A stretch of 64,000 nucleotides of DNA from assembly GCF_003018255.1 (NCBI RefSeq), contig NZ_CP027440.1. One strand, given 5' to 3'. The notes under the pieces were generated by a model. The model was not told where the DNA came from and made no database searches. It saw only the letters and a program-made list of their open reading frames with translations. The translations under genes and the position numbers were made by a program. Shown one piece after another: positions 32,383 through 46,043 of this stretch; the stretch's first letter is position 1, and each line of letters opens with the position of its first letter. The stretch is from Escherichia coli. Lineage in GTDB: Bacteria; Pseudomonadota; Gammaproteobacteria; Enterobacterales; Enterobacteriaceae.

Positions 32383-33636
32383 TTATGCGTAAACCGGGTA
32401 ACGTGCACAGATGTCGAGAACTTTACCTTTGATGCGCTCGATAACGGCTTCATCATTGATGCTGTCCAGCACGTCACACATCCAGCCAGCCAGTTCTTTC
32501 GCTTCTGCTTCTTTGAAGCCGCGACGCGTAATCGCCGGAGTACCCACGCGAATACCGGAGGTCACAAACGGGCTCTTCGGATCGTTCGGTACGCTGTTTT
32601 TGTTGACGGTGATGTTAGCACGGCCCAGAGCGGCGTCAGCTTCTTTACCGGTCAGGTTTTTATCAACCAGATCAACCAGGAACAGATGGTTATCAGTGCC
32701 GCCGGAAACCACTTTGTAGCCGCGTTCCAGGAACACTTCTACCATCGCTTTAGCGTTTTTAGCGACCTGCTGCTGGTAAGTTTTGAACTCAGGCTCCATC
32801 GCTTCTTTCAGAGCAACCGCTTTACCGGCGATTACGTGCATCAACGGACCACCCTGACCACCAGGGAAAACCGCAGAGTTCAGTTTTTTGTACAGCTCTT
32901 CGCTACCACCTTTCGCCAGGATCAGGCCGCCGCGCGGACCCGCCAGGGTTTTGTGAGTGGTGGTAGTAACAACGTGAGCATGAGGAACCGGGTTCGGGTA
33001 GACGCCAGCTGCAACCAGGCCCGCAACGTGCGCCATATCAACGAACAGGTAAGCACCGATGCTGTCAGCGATTTCACGCATTTTCGCCCAGTCCACCACG
33101 CCGGAATATGCAGAGAAGCCACCGATAATCATTTTCGGTTTGTGTTCTTTGGCTTGTTTTTCCAGATCGGCGTAGTCGATATGACCGCTAGCATCGATAC
33201 CGTAAGGAACGATGTTGTACAGTTTACCGGAGAAGTTAACCGGAGAACCGTGAGTCAGGTGACCGCCATGCGCCAGGTTCATACCCAGAACGGTATCACC
33301 TGGTTCCAGCAGCGCGGTGTACACCGCAAAGTTAGCCTGGGAGCCGGAGTGCGGCTGGACGTTAGCGTAGTCAGCACCGAACAGTTCTTTCGCACGATCG
33401 ATCGCCAGTTGTTCAACGATATCAACATACTCGCAACCGCCGTAGTAGCGTTTGCCCGGATAACCTTCAGCATATTTGTTGGTCAGCTGAGAACCCTGCG
33501 CCTGCATTACGCGCGGGCTGGTGTAGTTTTCGGAGGCGATCAGTTCGATGTGCTCTTCCTGACGTACTTTTTCCTGCTCCATAGCCTGCCACAGTTCGGC
33601 ATCATAATCGGCAATGTTCATTTCACGCTTTAACAT
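32383..33636 (-). CDS. glyA: serine hydroxymethyltransferase
   Basis: ORF track 32383..33642; start moved to [17 protein letters not shown]..., 417 aa; PLP-lysine motif [14 protein letters not shown]. Confidence 0.97.
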   Translation of the reverse strand: MLKREMNIADYDAELWQAMEQEKVRQEEHIELIASENYTSPRVMQAQGSQLTNKYAEGYPGKRYYGGCEYVDIVEQLAIDRAKELFGADYANVQPHSGSQANFAVYTALLEPGDTVLGMNLAHGGHLTHGSPVNFSGKLYNIVPYGIDASGHIDYADLEKQAKEHKPKMIIGGFSAYSGVVDWAKMREIADSIGAYLFVDMAHVAGLVAAGVYPNPVPHAHVVTTTTHKTLAGPRGGLILAKGGSEELYKKLNSAVFPGGQGGPLMHVIAGKAVALKEAMEPEFKTYQQQVAKNAKAMVEVFLERGYKVVSGGTDNHLFLVDLVDKNLTGKEADAALGRANITVNKNSVPNDPKSPFVTSGIRVGTPAITRRGFKEAEAKELAGWMCDVLDSINDEAVIERIKGKVLDICARYPVYA

Positions 33637-33914
33637 CCGCATCTCCTGACTCAGCTAACAATAAAATTTTTGGCCTTTATAGGCGGTCCTGTTGGACAAC
33701 GGCGAACAGTATAACCGAATCATTGTGTGATAACAGGTCTTGACAAAGGAATTTACGCAAACGATTACCTTCAGGCTACGCAAGGCTTTGGAGAATAAAG
33801 AGCTTGCAACCGGAAACGGATTTCTTTTCAGGTTTGTGATGCAAATTTTTCACTTCATCACATTCTTTCTGAAAAACACCAAAGAACCATTTACATTGCA
33901 GGGCTATTTTTTAT

Positions 33915-33937
33915 AAGATGCATTTGAGATACATCAA
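33915..33937. promoter_or_regulatory. NsrR operator overlapping the hmp promoter
   Basis: Inverted repeat aagatgcatttgagatacatcaa just upstream of the hmp Shine-Dalgarno and ATG; matches the NsrR site as I remember it. -35-like TTTACA and -10-like ATAAGA lie immediately upstream. Confidence 0.55.
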
Positions 33938-33964
33938 TTAAGATGCAAAAAAAAGGAAGACCAT

Positions 33965-35155
33965 ATGCTTGACGCTCAAACCATCGCTACAGTAAAAGCC
34001 ACCATCCCTTTACTGGTGGAAACGGGACCAAAGTTAACCGCCCATTTCTACGACCGTATGTTTACTCATAACCCAGAACTCAAAGAAATTTTTAACATGA
34101 GTAACCAGCGCAATGGCGATCAACGTGAAGCCCTGTTTAACGCTATTGCCGCCTACGCCAGTAATATTGAAAACCTGCCTGCGCTGCTGCCAGCGGTAGA
34201 AAAAATCGCGCAGAAGCACACCAGCTTCCAGATCAAACCGGAACAGTACAACATTGTCGGTGAACACCTGTTGGCGACGCTGGACGAAATGTTCAGCCCG
34301 GGCCAGGAAGTGCTGGACGCGTGGGGTAAAGCCTATGGCGTACTGGCTAATGTATTTATCAATCGCGAGGCGGAAATCTATAACGAAAACGCCAGCAAAG
34401 CCGGTGGCTGGGAAGGTACTCGCGATTTCCGCATTGTGGCTAAAACACCGCGCAGCGCGCTTATCACCAGCTTCGAACTGGAGCCGGTCGACGGTGGCGC
34501 AGTGGCAGAATACCGTCCGGGGCAATATCTCGGCGTCTGGCTGAAGCCGGAAGGTTTCCCGCATCAGGAAATTCGTCAGTACTCTTTGACTCGCAAACCG
34601 GATGGCAAAGGCTATCGTATTGCGGTGAAACGCGAAGAGGGTGGGCAGGTATCCAACTGGCTGCACAATCACGCCAATGTTGGCGATGTCGTGAAACTGG
34701 TCGCTCCAGCAGGTGATTTTTTTATGGCTGTCGCAGATGACACACCAGTGACGTTAATCTCTGCCGGTGTCGGTCAAACGCCAATGCTGGCAATGCTCGA
34801 CACACTGGCAAAAGCAGGCCACACAGCACAAGTGAACTGGTTCCATGCGGCAGAAAATGGCGATGTTCACGCCTTTGCTGATGAAGTTAAGGAACTGGGG
34901 CTGTCACTGCCGCGCTTTACCGCGCACACCTGGTATCGTCAGCCGAGCGAAGCCGATCGCGCTAAAGGTCAGTTTGATAGCGAAGGTCTGATGGATTTGA
35001 GCAAACTGGAAGGTGCGTTCAGCGATCCGACAATGCAGTTCTATCTCTGCGGCCCGGTTGGCTTCATGCAGTTTGCCGCGAAACAGTTAGTGGATCTGGG
35101 CGTGAAGCAGGAAAACATTCATTACGAATGCTTTGGCCCGCATAAGGTGCTGTGA
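33965..35155 (+). CDS. hmp: flavohemoglobin (nitric oxide dioxygenase)
   Basis: ORF track, 396 aa, [17 protein letters not shown]...; globin domain followed by FAD/NAD-binding reductase domain. Confidence 0.97.
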   Translation: MLDAQTIATVKATIPLLVETGPKLTAHFYDRMFTHNPELKEIFNMSNQRNGDQREALFNAIAAYASNIENLPALLPAVEKIAQKHTSFQIKPEQYNIVGEHLLATLDEMFSPGQEVLDAWGKAYGVLANVFINREAEIYNENASKAGGWEGTRDFRIVAKTPRSALITSFELEPVDGGAVAEYRPGQYLGVWLKPEGFPHQEIRQYSLTRKPDGKGYRIAVKREEGGQVSNWLHNHANVGDVVKLVAPAGDFFMAVADDTPVTLISAGVGQTPMLAMLDTLAKAGHTAQVNWFHAAENGDVHAFADEVKELGLSLPRFTAHTWYRQPSEADRAKGQFDSEGLMDLSKLEGAFSDPTMQFYLCGPVGFMQFAAKQLVDLGVKQENIHYECFGPHKVL

Positions 35156-35199
35156 TTTGATGTTGCCGGATGGAAACATCCGGCAACCCTTGACGCGGT

Positions 35200-35574
<375 letters not shown>

Positions 35575-35598
35575 CTAAACGTAACACATAACGCCAAT

Positions 35599-36933
35599 TC
35601 ATTCCTTGAAATCGTTTGCATCCAGCTCGTGTCGGGAAAGCAGTTTATAAAATTCTGTCCGGTTGCGCCCCGCCATTCTCGCCGCGTGGGTGACGTTGCC
35701 TTTGGTGATTTGCAGCAGCTTACGCAAATAGTTGAGTTCAAAATGATTACGTGCCTCAACAAAGGTTGGCAGCGCCGTGTTTTCGCCCTCCAGCGCCTGC
35801 TCTACTAATGCATCGCTAATCACCGGAGATGAGGTCAGCGCCACGCACTGTTCAATCACGTTGACCAACTGGCGTACATTACCCGGCCAGCTAGCGGTCA
35901 TCAGGCGTTTCATCGCATCGGTGGAGAACGCGCGGACAAACGGTTTATGTCGCTCTGCCGCCTGGCGCAACAGGTGATTTGCCAGTAGCGGAATGTCTTC
36001 TGTGCGCTCTGCCAGAGCCGGAATTTTCAGGCTGACAACGTTGAGGCGGTAATAGAGATCTTCACGGAATTCCCCGCGCGCCATCGCTTTTGGCAGGTCG
36101 CGGTGAGTGGCGGAAATAATCCGCACGTCGATATCAATATCGCGGTTACTGCCCAGCGGGCGCACTTTACGCTCCTGCAACACACGCAGCAGTTTGACCT
36201 GCAACGGTGCAGGCATATCGCCAATCTCATCGAGAAATAGCGTACCGCCTTCCGCCGCCTGGAATAAACCTTCGCGATTGCTGACAGCGCCAGTAAACGC
36301 GCCACGCGCATGACCAAACAGCTCCGACTCCAGCAATTGCTCGGGCAATGCACCACAGTTAATAGCAATAAATGGTTTGCTATTGCGCGGGCTGGCGTTG
36401 TGGATAGCCTGGGCGAAAATCTCTTTCCCGGTGCCGCTCTGACCGTTAATCAAAACGCTAACGTCTGATTGCGCCACCAGCCGCGCCTGTTCCAGCAAAC
36501 GCAGCATCAGCGGGCTGCGGGTGACAATCGCCTCGCGCCAGCGTTCATCGGTGGCTGGCGCGGATTGTTCCAGCGCATCGTCAATTGCCTGATATAGCGC
36601 GTCTTTATCGACAGGCTTGGTGAGGAAACTGAACACTCCCTGCTGTGTTGCAGCAACGGCATCGGGAATAGAACCATGTGCGGTAAGAATAATTACCGGC
36701 ATTCCCGGCTGCACTTTCTGGATTTCAGCAAACAGCTGCATACCATCCATTTCATCCATCCGCAGGTCGCTGATAACTAAATCTACTTTTTCGCGATTCA
36801 GTACCCGTAATCCTTCAGCACCACTTTCCGCCGTGACCACGCTGTAGCCTTCGCTGGTCAGGCGCAGGCCAAGCAGTTTCAGCAATCCCGGATCGTCATC
36901 GACCAGTAATAAATGCGCAGGTTTATGGCTCAT
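35599..36933 (-). CDS. glrR: sigma54-dependent response regulator GlrR
   Basis: ORF track 35599..37035; start moved to ATG at 36931-36933 ([14 protein letters not shown]...), 444 aa; receiver domain, AAA+ sigma54-interaction domain (GESGTGKE-like, GAFTGA), C-terminal HTH. Confidence 0.95.
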   Translation of the reverse strand: MSHKPAHLLLVDDDPGLLKLLGLRLTSEGYSVVTAESGAEGLRVLNREKVDLVISDLRMDEMDGMQLFAEIQKVQPGMPVIILTAHGSIPDAVAATQQGVFSFLTKPVDKDALYQAIDDALEQSAPATDERWREAIVTRSPLMLRLLEQARLVAQSDVSVLINGQSGTGKEIFAQAIHNASPRNSKPFIAINCGALPEQLLESELFGHARGAFTGAVSNREGLFQAAEGGTLFLDEIGDMPAPLQVKLLRVLQERKVRPLGSNRDIDIDVRIISATHRDLPKAMARGEFREDLYYRLNVVSLKIPALAERTEDIPLLANHLLRQAAERHKPFVRAFSTDAMKRLMTASWPGNVRQLVNVIEQCVALTSSPVISDALVEQALEGENTALPTFVEARNHFELNYLRKLLQITKGNVTHAARMAGRNRTEFYKLLSRHELDANDFKE

Positions 36934-37636
36934 CAGGAGTGACCTCATCAGTGGATGGCGCGGGCTTTTCACTCTCGTGCGGCGTATCCGGCGAGAAATT
37001 TCCAGCCGGTTTGCGGGTCGAGAGCTGGCGTTCAATATCGGTCAGGTTTTCCAGCTTGCGGGTAGTGAGTTCCAGTTGCTGTTGTAGAACGTGATGTTGC
37101 TGGCGCAAAGTATCCAGCTCGCTGTCGCTGGACTGCTGGAGTTTACTGTAGCGTTGGCGCTCTTCCGCCAGTTGCAGTTGCAGCGCCTGACCGTCGCGCC
37201 AGAGTTGATACAGAGGGCGAACCTGTGCCGGGATCTCGGTACTTAGCGCATCAATGCGCGCGACCAGCTGGCGGCGCTCATACGGCGTAATTTTGGCGTC
37301 GGCGAGCAAAATCCCTTGTTTAAAGGTATTTTGCCAGTTGCCGTCGTCATATTGGCGGGCTTGCTGACGCGACTGCGCAGGCATTAAACGATCAGCACAA
37401 TCCATCGCCCGCAGCCAGTAAAGCGGATTGGTTTCGGTTGATTTACCTTGCAGCGCCCAGATGTCGCTACATTCAGTAGAAAGATAGTCAGCCAGTTGAT
37501 AAACCGGAATTTTTTCTTCTGCTGGCGTATCAATGGCTGGCTTATTGTGACTCTGCACGCAACCCAGCAATGCCAGACATGGCAGCCCTGCCAGCCACAG
37601 CCGTCGGGGCAATAATCGTTGAAAAATGTGTCGCAT
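36923..37636 (-). CDS. qseG: outer-membrane lipoprotein QseG (YfhG)
   Basis: ORF track 36923..37642; start at MRHIFQRLLPRRLWLAGLPCLALLGC (lipobox), 237 aa; 3' end overlaps the glrR start by 11 bp. Confidence 0.88.
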   Translation of the reverse strand: MRHIFQRLLPRRLWLAGLPCLALLGCVQSHNKPAIDTPAEEKIPVYQLADYLSTECSDIWALQGKSTETNPLYWLRAMDCADRLMPAQSRQQARQYDDGNWQNTFKQGILLADAKITPYERRQLVARIDALSTEIPAQVRPLYQLWRDGQALQLQLAEERQRYSKLQQSSDSELDTLRQQHHVLQQQLELTTRKLENLTDIERQLSTRKPAGNFSPDTPHESEKPAPSTDEVTPDEP

Positions 37637-37800
37637 ATTCACCAGACTTAAAGCCTATCCCAGTGGGCGTAATTGTTGCAGGCAGTTTGGACATGGACAG
37701 CGCGGAGAAACCAGAGCGTACATGTCGTACGTGAAGATTTCGAGCACTGCCCGGGGCCGAACTGACAAATAAAATAGCCTGATGGGATGGGCTGTTAGCA

Positions 37801-39228
37801 TTATTTCGTGTTTTTCGACGACGGTAAATCAATGCGGAAACAAACGTCTTGCCCGCTCTCGTCGACCAGATACAGTTCCCCTTGCATACGGCGAATACAA
37901 TCCCTGGCAATGCTTAATCCCAGACCGCTGCCCTTCACCGCCCCTTTTCGCTGGTGGCTTCCCTGAAAAAAGGGTTCGAAGATCATGGCGCGTTCCTCTT
38001 GCGGAATGGGCGTGCCTGTATTGATGACATCAATATAAACCCGCGCACCATGTGAACTGCTGCGAAGGCAAATGTTACCGGATTCAGCCCCGTAGTGCAC
38101 CGCATTGGAGTAAAGATTATCCAGTACGCTCATCAGCAGCATTGGCTCCGCCAGGCAAGCTGTTGCTTTGAGATCGACGTCGGTATGCATCATTTTAGCC
38201 CGTGCGGGCAGGCTATGAGCAGAAACCACTGTCTCCACCAGCGGTGCTAATTCAACATTCTCCAGTTCCACCGCACTGTCCGCCTGTTTACGGTTGTAAT
38301 CAAGCAGTTGTTCGATCAGTTTTTGCAAATTGCGGCTGCTGCTATCAAGAATGCTCACCACCTCTTTTTGCTCTGGCGTAAGCGGCCCGACAACCTGGTC
38401 AGCCAGTAATTCAGTGCCCTCGCGCATACTCGCCAGTGGCGTTTTTAATTCATGAGATAAATGTCTTAAAAATTGATGGCGTTGGGATTCCAGCCATGAC
38501 AGGCGCTCACTTAACCAAAGAATACGTTGCCCAACCGAGCGTAACTCGCTCGGTCCACTGAACGAAACGCTATTGCCCAGAGAACGCCCTTCCCCCAGAC
38601 GGTTGATCATGCGCTCGATATTTTTCACCGGCCCGATAATCATCCGCGTGAAAAGTAGCACCATCACCAGACTCACCAGAAATAGCACCAGCGATTGCCA
38701 ACCAAAATATTGCCCACGTTCGGCGATTTCACGCTGAAGTTGCTGCCCACGAGAGAACACCACTGTGCGCGTGGCCTGCACCATTTCGGTATTGGCACTG
38801 GCAAAGGCTTCAAGACGCGCGGCGGCGGCAGCATCGGGACCACTGTTGTTACACTGAAGTTGGGCCAGATTGTTCAAATCCTGACGCAATGCCTGGTAAA
38901 GTTTATCGTCTGGCAGTACGCCTGCGTGGGCATCGAGCATTTCGCTGTAACGCTTGCGCTGGCTTTGATAAACCTTCGCAAGCGTAGGGTCGTCCAGCAC
39001 GCAATACTGACGGTAGCTACGCTCCATCTCCAGCGCCGCGTTGGTCATCGCTTCACTACGCCGGGCATCAATAAGCGTAGTGCGGTTAACCAGCGCCGCC
39101 TGATCGCTAAGCGCATTCAGGCTTTGCCAGGCTTGCCATGCCAGCACCAACAGGGGCAGCAGAATCAGCAAAAATGCCAGCATTACCAGTTGTCGTAATG
39201 AGCGGGGAAAAACGGGCCAGCGTTTCAA
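37801..39228 (-). CDS. glrK: sensor histidine kinase GlrK
   Basis: ORF track 37801..39291; annotated-length start is a TTG at 39226-39228 (MKRWPVFPRSLRQLVMLAFLL...), 475 aa; HAMP region, H-box HELKTPL, ATPase G-boxes. Confidence 0.9.
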   Translation of the reverse strand: MKRWPVFPRSLRQLVMLAFLLILLPLLVLAWQAWQSLNALSDQAALVNRTTLIDARRSEAMTNAALEMERSYRQYCVLDDPTLAKVYQSQRKRYSEMLDAHAGVLPDDKLYQALRQDLNNLAQLQCNNSGPDAAAAARLEAFASANTEMVQATRTVVFSRGQQLQREIAERGQYFGWQSLVLFLVSLVMVLLFTRMIIGPVKNIERMINRLGEGRSLGNSVSFSGPSELRSVGQRILWLSERLSWLESQRHQFLRHLSHELKTPLASMREGTELLADQVVGPLTPEQKEVVSILDSSSRNLQKLIEQLLDYNRKQADSAVELENVELAPLVETVVSAHSLPARAKMMHTDVDLKATACLAEPMLLMSVLDNLYSNAVHYGAESGNICLRSSSHGARVYIDVINTGTPIPQEERAMIFEPFFQGSHQRKGAVKGSGLGLSIARDCIRRMQGELYLVDESGQDVCFRIDLPSSKNTK

Positions 39229-39284
39229 GGTGTTACTCTCGTCAGACGCGAATAGCCTGATGCTAACCGAGGGGAAGTTCAGAT

Positions 39285-39470
39285 ACAACAAAGCCGGGAA
39301 TTACCCGGCTTTGTTATGGAATAAGGCGGTGCCTAACTCGACGTTTCGCCCGATGGTTGATATAGCTACGCTGATATCAGAAGTTGGACGGCAGGCACCT
39401 TGTTGTGCGTCATTCGTATTTTATGTAGCACGTCCCGAAGGGGCTGACATAAGTCGGTGAATGAGCCACT
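39285..39470 (-). ncRNA. glmY: GlmY small RNA
   Basis: Minus-strand sequence from AGTGGCTCATTCACCGACTTATGTCAGCCCCTTCGGGACG... to a terminator hairpin (aacaaagccggg/cccggctttgtt) plus U-tract; about 185 nt; matches the GlmY sequence and its position upstream of glrK as I recall them. Confidence 0.8.
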
Positions 39471-39481
39471 GGTTACTATTA

Positions 39482-39497
39482 TGCAGTAACTGTGCCA
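39482..39497 (-). promoter_or_regulatory. sigma54 (-24/-12) promoter of glmY
   Basis: Minus-strand TGGCACAGTTACTGCA (consensus TGGCACG-N4-TTGCA) about 12 nt upstream of the predicted glmY 5' end. Confidence 0.75.
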
Positions 39498-39586
39498 ATA
39501 AAGAAAATAGTTTGGTAACGTACTGATTGTACGCTGTTTTGAAGGGGTTATGGCTTCTTCGCTATTTGGCTGTAAATCAGCCACTG

Positions 39587-39700
39587 TGTCGCTAAAAAGA
39601 GACAACTTAAGATAAACTTATTAGATGCCATTAAAATCAATTAGTTAAGTGTCGCCAGAAAGCGACGCGGTAAACCACCCATTGTCGTGATTTACAGACA
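39587..39700. promoter_or_regulatory. three GlrR binding sites (TGTC-N10-GACA) upstream of glmY
   Basis: TGTCgctaaaaagaGACA (39587-39604), TGTCgccagaaagcGACG (39650-39667, one mismatch) and TGTCgtgatttacaGACA (39683-39700), at roughly -115 to -230 from the glmY start, as expected for an enhancer-binding protein. Confidence 0.7.
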
Positions 39701-39727
39701 CAAAAAAGCTCCCGAAGTTGGGAGCTT
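39699..39727 (-). terminator. rho-independent terminator of purL
   Basis: Minus-strand stem aagctccc/gggagctt with loop aacttc, followed by TTTTTTGTGT. Confidence 0.75.
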
Positions 39728-39784
39728 ATAATAGTAGTTGGTGCTTAATGCCTCATCCGGCTGCAAAACCAATGGGTTGACGGC

Positions 39785-42700
39785 TTACCCCAACTGCTTA
39801 CGTGCATTGCGGAAAATACGCATCCACGGCCCATCCTCGCCCCAGTTTTCCGGATGCCAGGAGTTGCTGACAGTACGGAAAACACGTTCCGGGTGCGGCA
39901 TCATAATGGTGACTCGACCACTTTCAGTCGTGACTGCCGTAATACCATTCGGAGAACCGTTCGGGTTAGCCGGGTAGGTTTCAGTGACTTTGCCGAAGTT
40001 ATCGACATAGCGCAGTGCCACCAGCCCTTTGCTTTCCAGTGCCGCCAGATGCGCCGCATCACGCACTTCCACGCGCCCTTCGCCATGAGAGACAGCAATC
40101 GGCATTTGCGAGCCCACCATCCCCTGCAACAGCAGAGACGGGCTTTGGGTTACTTCAACCAGGCTGAAACGCGCTTCAAAGCGATCGGAGGTATTGCGCA
40201 CAAAACGTGGCCACAACTCACTACCTGGGATCAGTTCGCGTAGGTTAGACATCATCTGGCAACCGTTACATACCCCCAGCGCCAGCGTTTGCGGACGGTG
40301 GAAGAAGGTTGCAAACTCATCGCGTACACGGTCATTGAACAGGATAGACTTCGCCCAGCCTTCACCAGCACCCAGCACGTCACCGTAGGAGAATCCACCG
40401 CACGCTACCAGAGCGTGGAAATCCTCCAGGCCCGTGCGTCCAGCCAGCAGGTCGCTCATATGCACATCGATTGCATCGAAGCCTGCACGGTGGAAAGCTG
40501 CCGCCATTTCAACATGCGAGTTCACCCCCTGCTCACGCAGCACGGCAACTTTCGGACGCGCACCAGTGGCAATATACGGTGCTGCCACATCTTCGTTGAT
40601 ATCGAACGACAGTTTCACATTCAGGCCCGGATCGGCGTCGTTTGATTTCGCCTGGTGCTCCTGATCGGCACACTCCGGGTTGTCACGCAGGCGCTGCATC
40701 TGCCAGGTAGTTTCTGCCCACCAGACACGCAACGTAGTGCGGCTTTCGCTGAATACAGTCTGCCCGTTGGCGGTAATCACAAAACGGTCACCGGAAACCG
40801 CCTGCCCTACATAATGGACGCAATCCGCAAGCCCATGCTGTGCCAGTACCGCTTCAACGGCTTCACGGTCAGCGGCACGAACCTGAATCACCGCACCCAG
40901 TTCTTCGTTAAACAACGCCGCCAGGCGATCGTCACCCAGAGAGGCGATATCCGCGTCAATGCCGCAATGACCAGCAAAGGCCATTTCCGCCAGCGTTACC
41001 AGCAGGCCGCCATCAGAGCGGTCGTGATACGCCAGCAGCTTACGCTGTGCAACCAGCGCCTGAATCGCGTCATAGAAGCCTTTCAGTTGCGCGACATCGC
41101 GTACATCTGCCGGTTTGTCGCCAAGCTGACGATAAACCTGCGCCAGCGCCGTTGCGCCCAGCGCGTTATTGCCTTTGCCCAAATCAATCAGCAGCAGTGC
41201 GTTATCTTCGGTAGAAAGCTGTGGCGTGATGGTGTGACGTACATCTTCCACGCGGGCAAATGCAGAAATCACCAGCGACAGCGGCGACGTCATTTCGCGC
41301 TCTTCGTTACCTTCCTGCCAACGGGTTTTCATCGACATAGAGTCTTTACCCACCGGGATCGTCAGGCCCAGCGCCGGACAAAGTTCTTCACCCACGGCTT
41401 TAACGGCTTCATACAGGCCTGCATCTTCACCAGGGTGGCCTGCCGCCGCCATCCAGTTGGCGGAAAGTTTAATGCGTTTGATATCGCCAATTTGTGTTGC
41501 GGCGATGTTGGTTAACGCTTCACCGACCGCCAGACGGGCAGAAGCGGCGAAATCCAGCAGCGCAACCGGCGCACGCTCGCCAATCGCCATCGCTTCACCG
41601 TAGTAGCTATCGAGGCTGGCGGTAGTGACCGCGCAGTTAGCGACCGGCACCTGCCACGGACCCACCATCTGATCGCGCGCCACCATGCCGGTTACGCTGC
41701 GGTCACCAATGGTCACCAGGAAAGTTTTCTCCGCCACGGTCGGCAGGTGCAGCACGCGTTTCACCGCGTCAGCAATGGTAATCCCTTCACGAACCAGCGC
41801 ATCACCCTTCGCTTTCAGCGTTTGTACTTCGCGGGTCATCTTCGGCGTTTTACCAAGCAGTACGTCCAGCGGCAGATCGATCGGCTGATTATCAAAATGA
41901 CGATCGTGCAAAGAAAGATGCAGTTCTTCGGTCGCTTCACCAATCACCGCGTATGGCGCGCGCTCACGCTTACACAGTTCGTCAAACAGCGGTAACTGAT
42001 CGGCAGCAACTGCCAGCACGTAGCGTTCCTGGGATTCGTTACACCAGATTTCCAGCGGGCTCATGCCCGGTTCGTCGCTCAGGATATCGCGCAGTTCGAA
42101 TTTACCGCCGCGCCCGCCGTCGCTCACCAGTTCCGGCATGGCGTTAGAAAGACCGCCTGCGCCAACGTCGTGGATAAACAGGATTGGGTTGGCATCACCA
42201 AGCTGCCAGCAACGGTCGATCACTTCCTGGCAGCGACGCTCCATCTCCGGGTTGTCGCGCTGTACGGAAGCGAAGTCGAGGTCGGCATCAGACTGACCAG
42301 ACGCCATGGAAGACGCCGCGCCGCCGCCAAGACCGATGTTCATTGCCGGGCCGCCGAGAACGACCAGCTTCGCACCAACGTTGATCTCGCCTTTTTGTAC
42401 GTGATCGGCACGAATGTTGCCGATCCCGCCCGCCAGCATGATCGGTTTGTGATAACCGCGCAGCTCTTCGCCATTGTGGCTGTTCACTTTTTCTTCATAA
42501 GTACGGAAGTAGCCATTCAGTGCCGGACGACCAAATTCGTTGTTAAACGCCGCACCGCCCAGCGGGCCTTCGGTCATGATGTCCAGCGCGGTAACAATGC
42601 GCTCAGGTTTACCGAAATCTTCTTCCCACGGCTGTTCGAAGCCAGGAATTCGCAGGTTGGACACGGAGAAACCGACCAGACCAGCTTTCGGCTTCGCGCC

Positions 42701-43672
42701 GCGCCCGGTGGCACCTTCATCGCGGATTTCACCGCCGGAACCGGTCGCCGCGCCCGGCCACGGAGAAATCGCCGTCGGGTGGTTGTGAGTTTCAACTTTC
42801 ATCAGGATATGCGCAGGTTCCTGATGGAAATCGTAGCGGCCCGTTTCGTGGTCAGCAAAGTAGCGGCCCACTTCAGAACCTTCCATTACGGCGGCGTTAT
42901 CTTTATAAGCAGAGAGAACGTGATCCGGCGTGGTTTCGAAGGTGTTTTTGATCATCTTAAACAGTGATTTCGGCTGCTGTTCACCATCGATAACCCAGTC
43001 GGCGTTAAAAATTTTGTGGCGGCAGTGCTCGGAGTTCGCCTGGGCAAACATATACAGTTCGATGTCGTTCGGGTTACGACCCAGCTTTGTGAAAGCATCC
43101 TGCAAATAGTCAATTTCATCTTCCGCCAGTGCCAGGCCAAGACGCAGGTTAGCGTCGATTAGCGCCTGACGGCCCTGCCCCAGCAAATCAACGCTGGTGA
43201 CCGGAGTCGGTTGATGGTGTGCAAACAGCTGCTCTGCATCATCTAAAGCAAAAAAGACCGTTTCCATCATGCGGTCGTGCAGTTCAGCGGTAACCTGCTG
43301 CCATTGTTCATTGGTCAGCGTACCGGCTTCTACATAGTAAGCAACGCCGCGCTCAAGGCGGTTTACCTGTTGTAGACCGCAATTATGGGCGATATCGGTC
43401 GCTTTCGAAGACCAGGGAGAGATGGTGCCAGGACGCGGGGTCACCAGCAGGAGTTTGCCTTGCGGGGCGTGGCTGGCGAGTGCCGGGCCATATTTCAGCA
43501 GGCGTTCAAGTTGTGCGTGCTCATCATCGTTTAACGGCGCATTGAGGTCAGCAAAATGGACATACTCGGCGTAAATAGTGTGAACCGGGAGCCTGGCAGC
43601 CTGAAAACGTGCCAGCAGTTTGTTGATTCGGAATGCCGACAATGCAGGCGAACCACGCAGAATTTCCATCAT
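39785..43672 (-). CDS. purL: phosphoribosylformylglycinamidine (FGAM) synthase
   Basis: ORF track, 1295 aa, [20 protein letters not shown]... Confidence 0.97.
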   Translation of the reverse strand: MMEILRGSPALSAFRINKLLARFQAARLPVHTIYAEYVHFADLNAPLNDDEHAQLERLLKYGPALASHAPQGKLLLVTPRPGTISPWSSKATDIAHNCGLQQVNRLERGVAYYVEAGTLTNEQWQQVTAELHDRMMETVFFALDDAEQLFAHHQPTPVTSVDLLGQGRQALIDANLRLGLALAEDEIDYLQDAFTKLGRNPNDIELYMFAQANSEHCRHKIFNADWVIDGEQQPKSLFKMIKNTFETTPDHVLSAYKDNAAVMEGSEVGRYFADHETGRYDFHQEPAHILMKVETHNHPTAISPWPGAATGSGGEIRDEGATGRGAKPKAGLVGFSVSNLRIPGFEQPWEEDFGKPERIVTALDIMTEGPLGGAAFNNEFGRPALNGYFRTYEEKVNSHNGEELRGYHKPIMLAGGIGNIRADHVQKGEINVGAKLVVLGGPAMNIGLGGGAASSMASGQSDADLDFASVQRDNPEMERRCQEVIDRCWQLGDANPILFIHDVGAGGLSNAMPELVSDGGRGGKFELRDILSDEPGMSPLEIWCNESQERYVLAVAADQLPLFDELCKRERAPYAVIGEATEELHLSLHDRHFDNQPIDLPLDVLLGKTPKMTREVQTLKAKGDALVREGITIADAVKRVLHLPTVAEKTFLVTIGDRSVTGMVARDQMVGPWQVPVANCAVTTASLDSYYGEAMAIGERAPVALLDFAASARLAVGEALTNIAATQIGDIKRIKLSANWMAAAGHPGEDAGLYEAVKAVGEELCPALGLTIPVGKDSMSMKTRWQEGNEEREMTSPLSLVISAFARVEDVRHTITPQLSTEDNALLLIDLGKGNNALGATALAQVYRQLGDKPADVRDVAQLKGFYDAIQALVAQRKLLAYHDRSDGGLLVTLAEMAFAGHCGIDADIASLGDDRLAALFNEELGAVIQVRAADREAVEAVLAQHGLADCVHYVGQAVSGDRFVITANGQTVFSESRTTLRVWWAETTWQMQRLRDNPECADQEHQAKSNDADPGLNVKLSFDINEDVAAPYIATGARPKVAVLREQGVNSHVEMAAAFHRAGFDAIDVHMSDLLAGRTGLEDFHALVACGGFSYGDVLGAGEGWAKSILFNDRVRDEFATFFHRPQTLALGVCNGCQMMSNLRELIPGSELWPRFVRNTSDRFEARFSLVEVTQSPSLLLQGMVGSQMPIAVSHGEGRVEVRDAAHLAALESKGLVALRYVDNFGKVTETYPANPNGSPNGITAVTTESGRVTIMMPHPERVFRTVSNSWHPENWGEDGPWMRIFRNARKQLG

Positions 43673-43748
43673 AAGTCTCTCGTCTTCTAAGCTTTCGGTG
43701 TACCCAAGGGGGGGAAACGGGCGTCATTATAAAGAATCTGATGCGCTG

Positions 43749-43764
43749 ACGAAACCGTTTGCGT
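43749..43764. promoter_or_regulatory. PurR operator (PUR box) upstream of purL
   Basis: acgaaaccgtttgcgt, a 16-bp near-palindrome matching the PurR box pattern ACGCAAAC-GTTTGCGT, about 80 bp upstream of the purL ATG. Confidence 0.6.
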
Positions 43765-43929
43765 GGAAATAAAATCACCATCGTGAATTAGCAACGCGTG
43801 CCGCCAATGGCTGTAATAAGTTGCCAACTGGCGCAGGTTTACGCAAAATGCCGCTCATTTATGAGTAAACCTTTCACTATTATTACGTTTTTTCAAGCTG
43901 GGACGCGCACGACACAGAGAATTAACTAA

Positions 43930-46031
<2,102 letters not shown>

Positions 46032-46043
46032 CTATGCTTTACT

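Noticed and set aside
32686-33633. 315-aa plus-strand ORF antisense to glyA
   Set aside because: Antisense shadow ORF within glyA; composition and position argue against a real gene.
35162-35187. 11-bp-stem hairpin gttgccggatg-gaaa-catccggcaac between hmp and glnB, considered as a bidirectional terminator
   Set aside because: No U-tract follows it on either strand, so it is not a canonical intrinsic terminator; it may be a REP-like palindrome or an RNA-stability element. Not listed as a feature.
39291-39293. Upstream ATG start for glrK (496-aa version) and similar 5' extensions for hscA, iscS, hcaR, yphC, yphG, glrR, trmN6, yfiE, pdxJ, rseA and rpoE
   Set aside because: The ORF track reports the longest ORF; internal starts give the lengths and N-termini I recognise for these proteins and, where checked, have better Shine-Dalgarno context. 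The extensions often overlap the upstream gene or its terminator.
40655-42967. Several 250-290-aa plus-strand ORFs antisense to purL
   Set aside because: All embedded antisense in the 3.9-kb purL CDS; long stop-free antisense frames are expected there.
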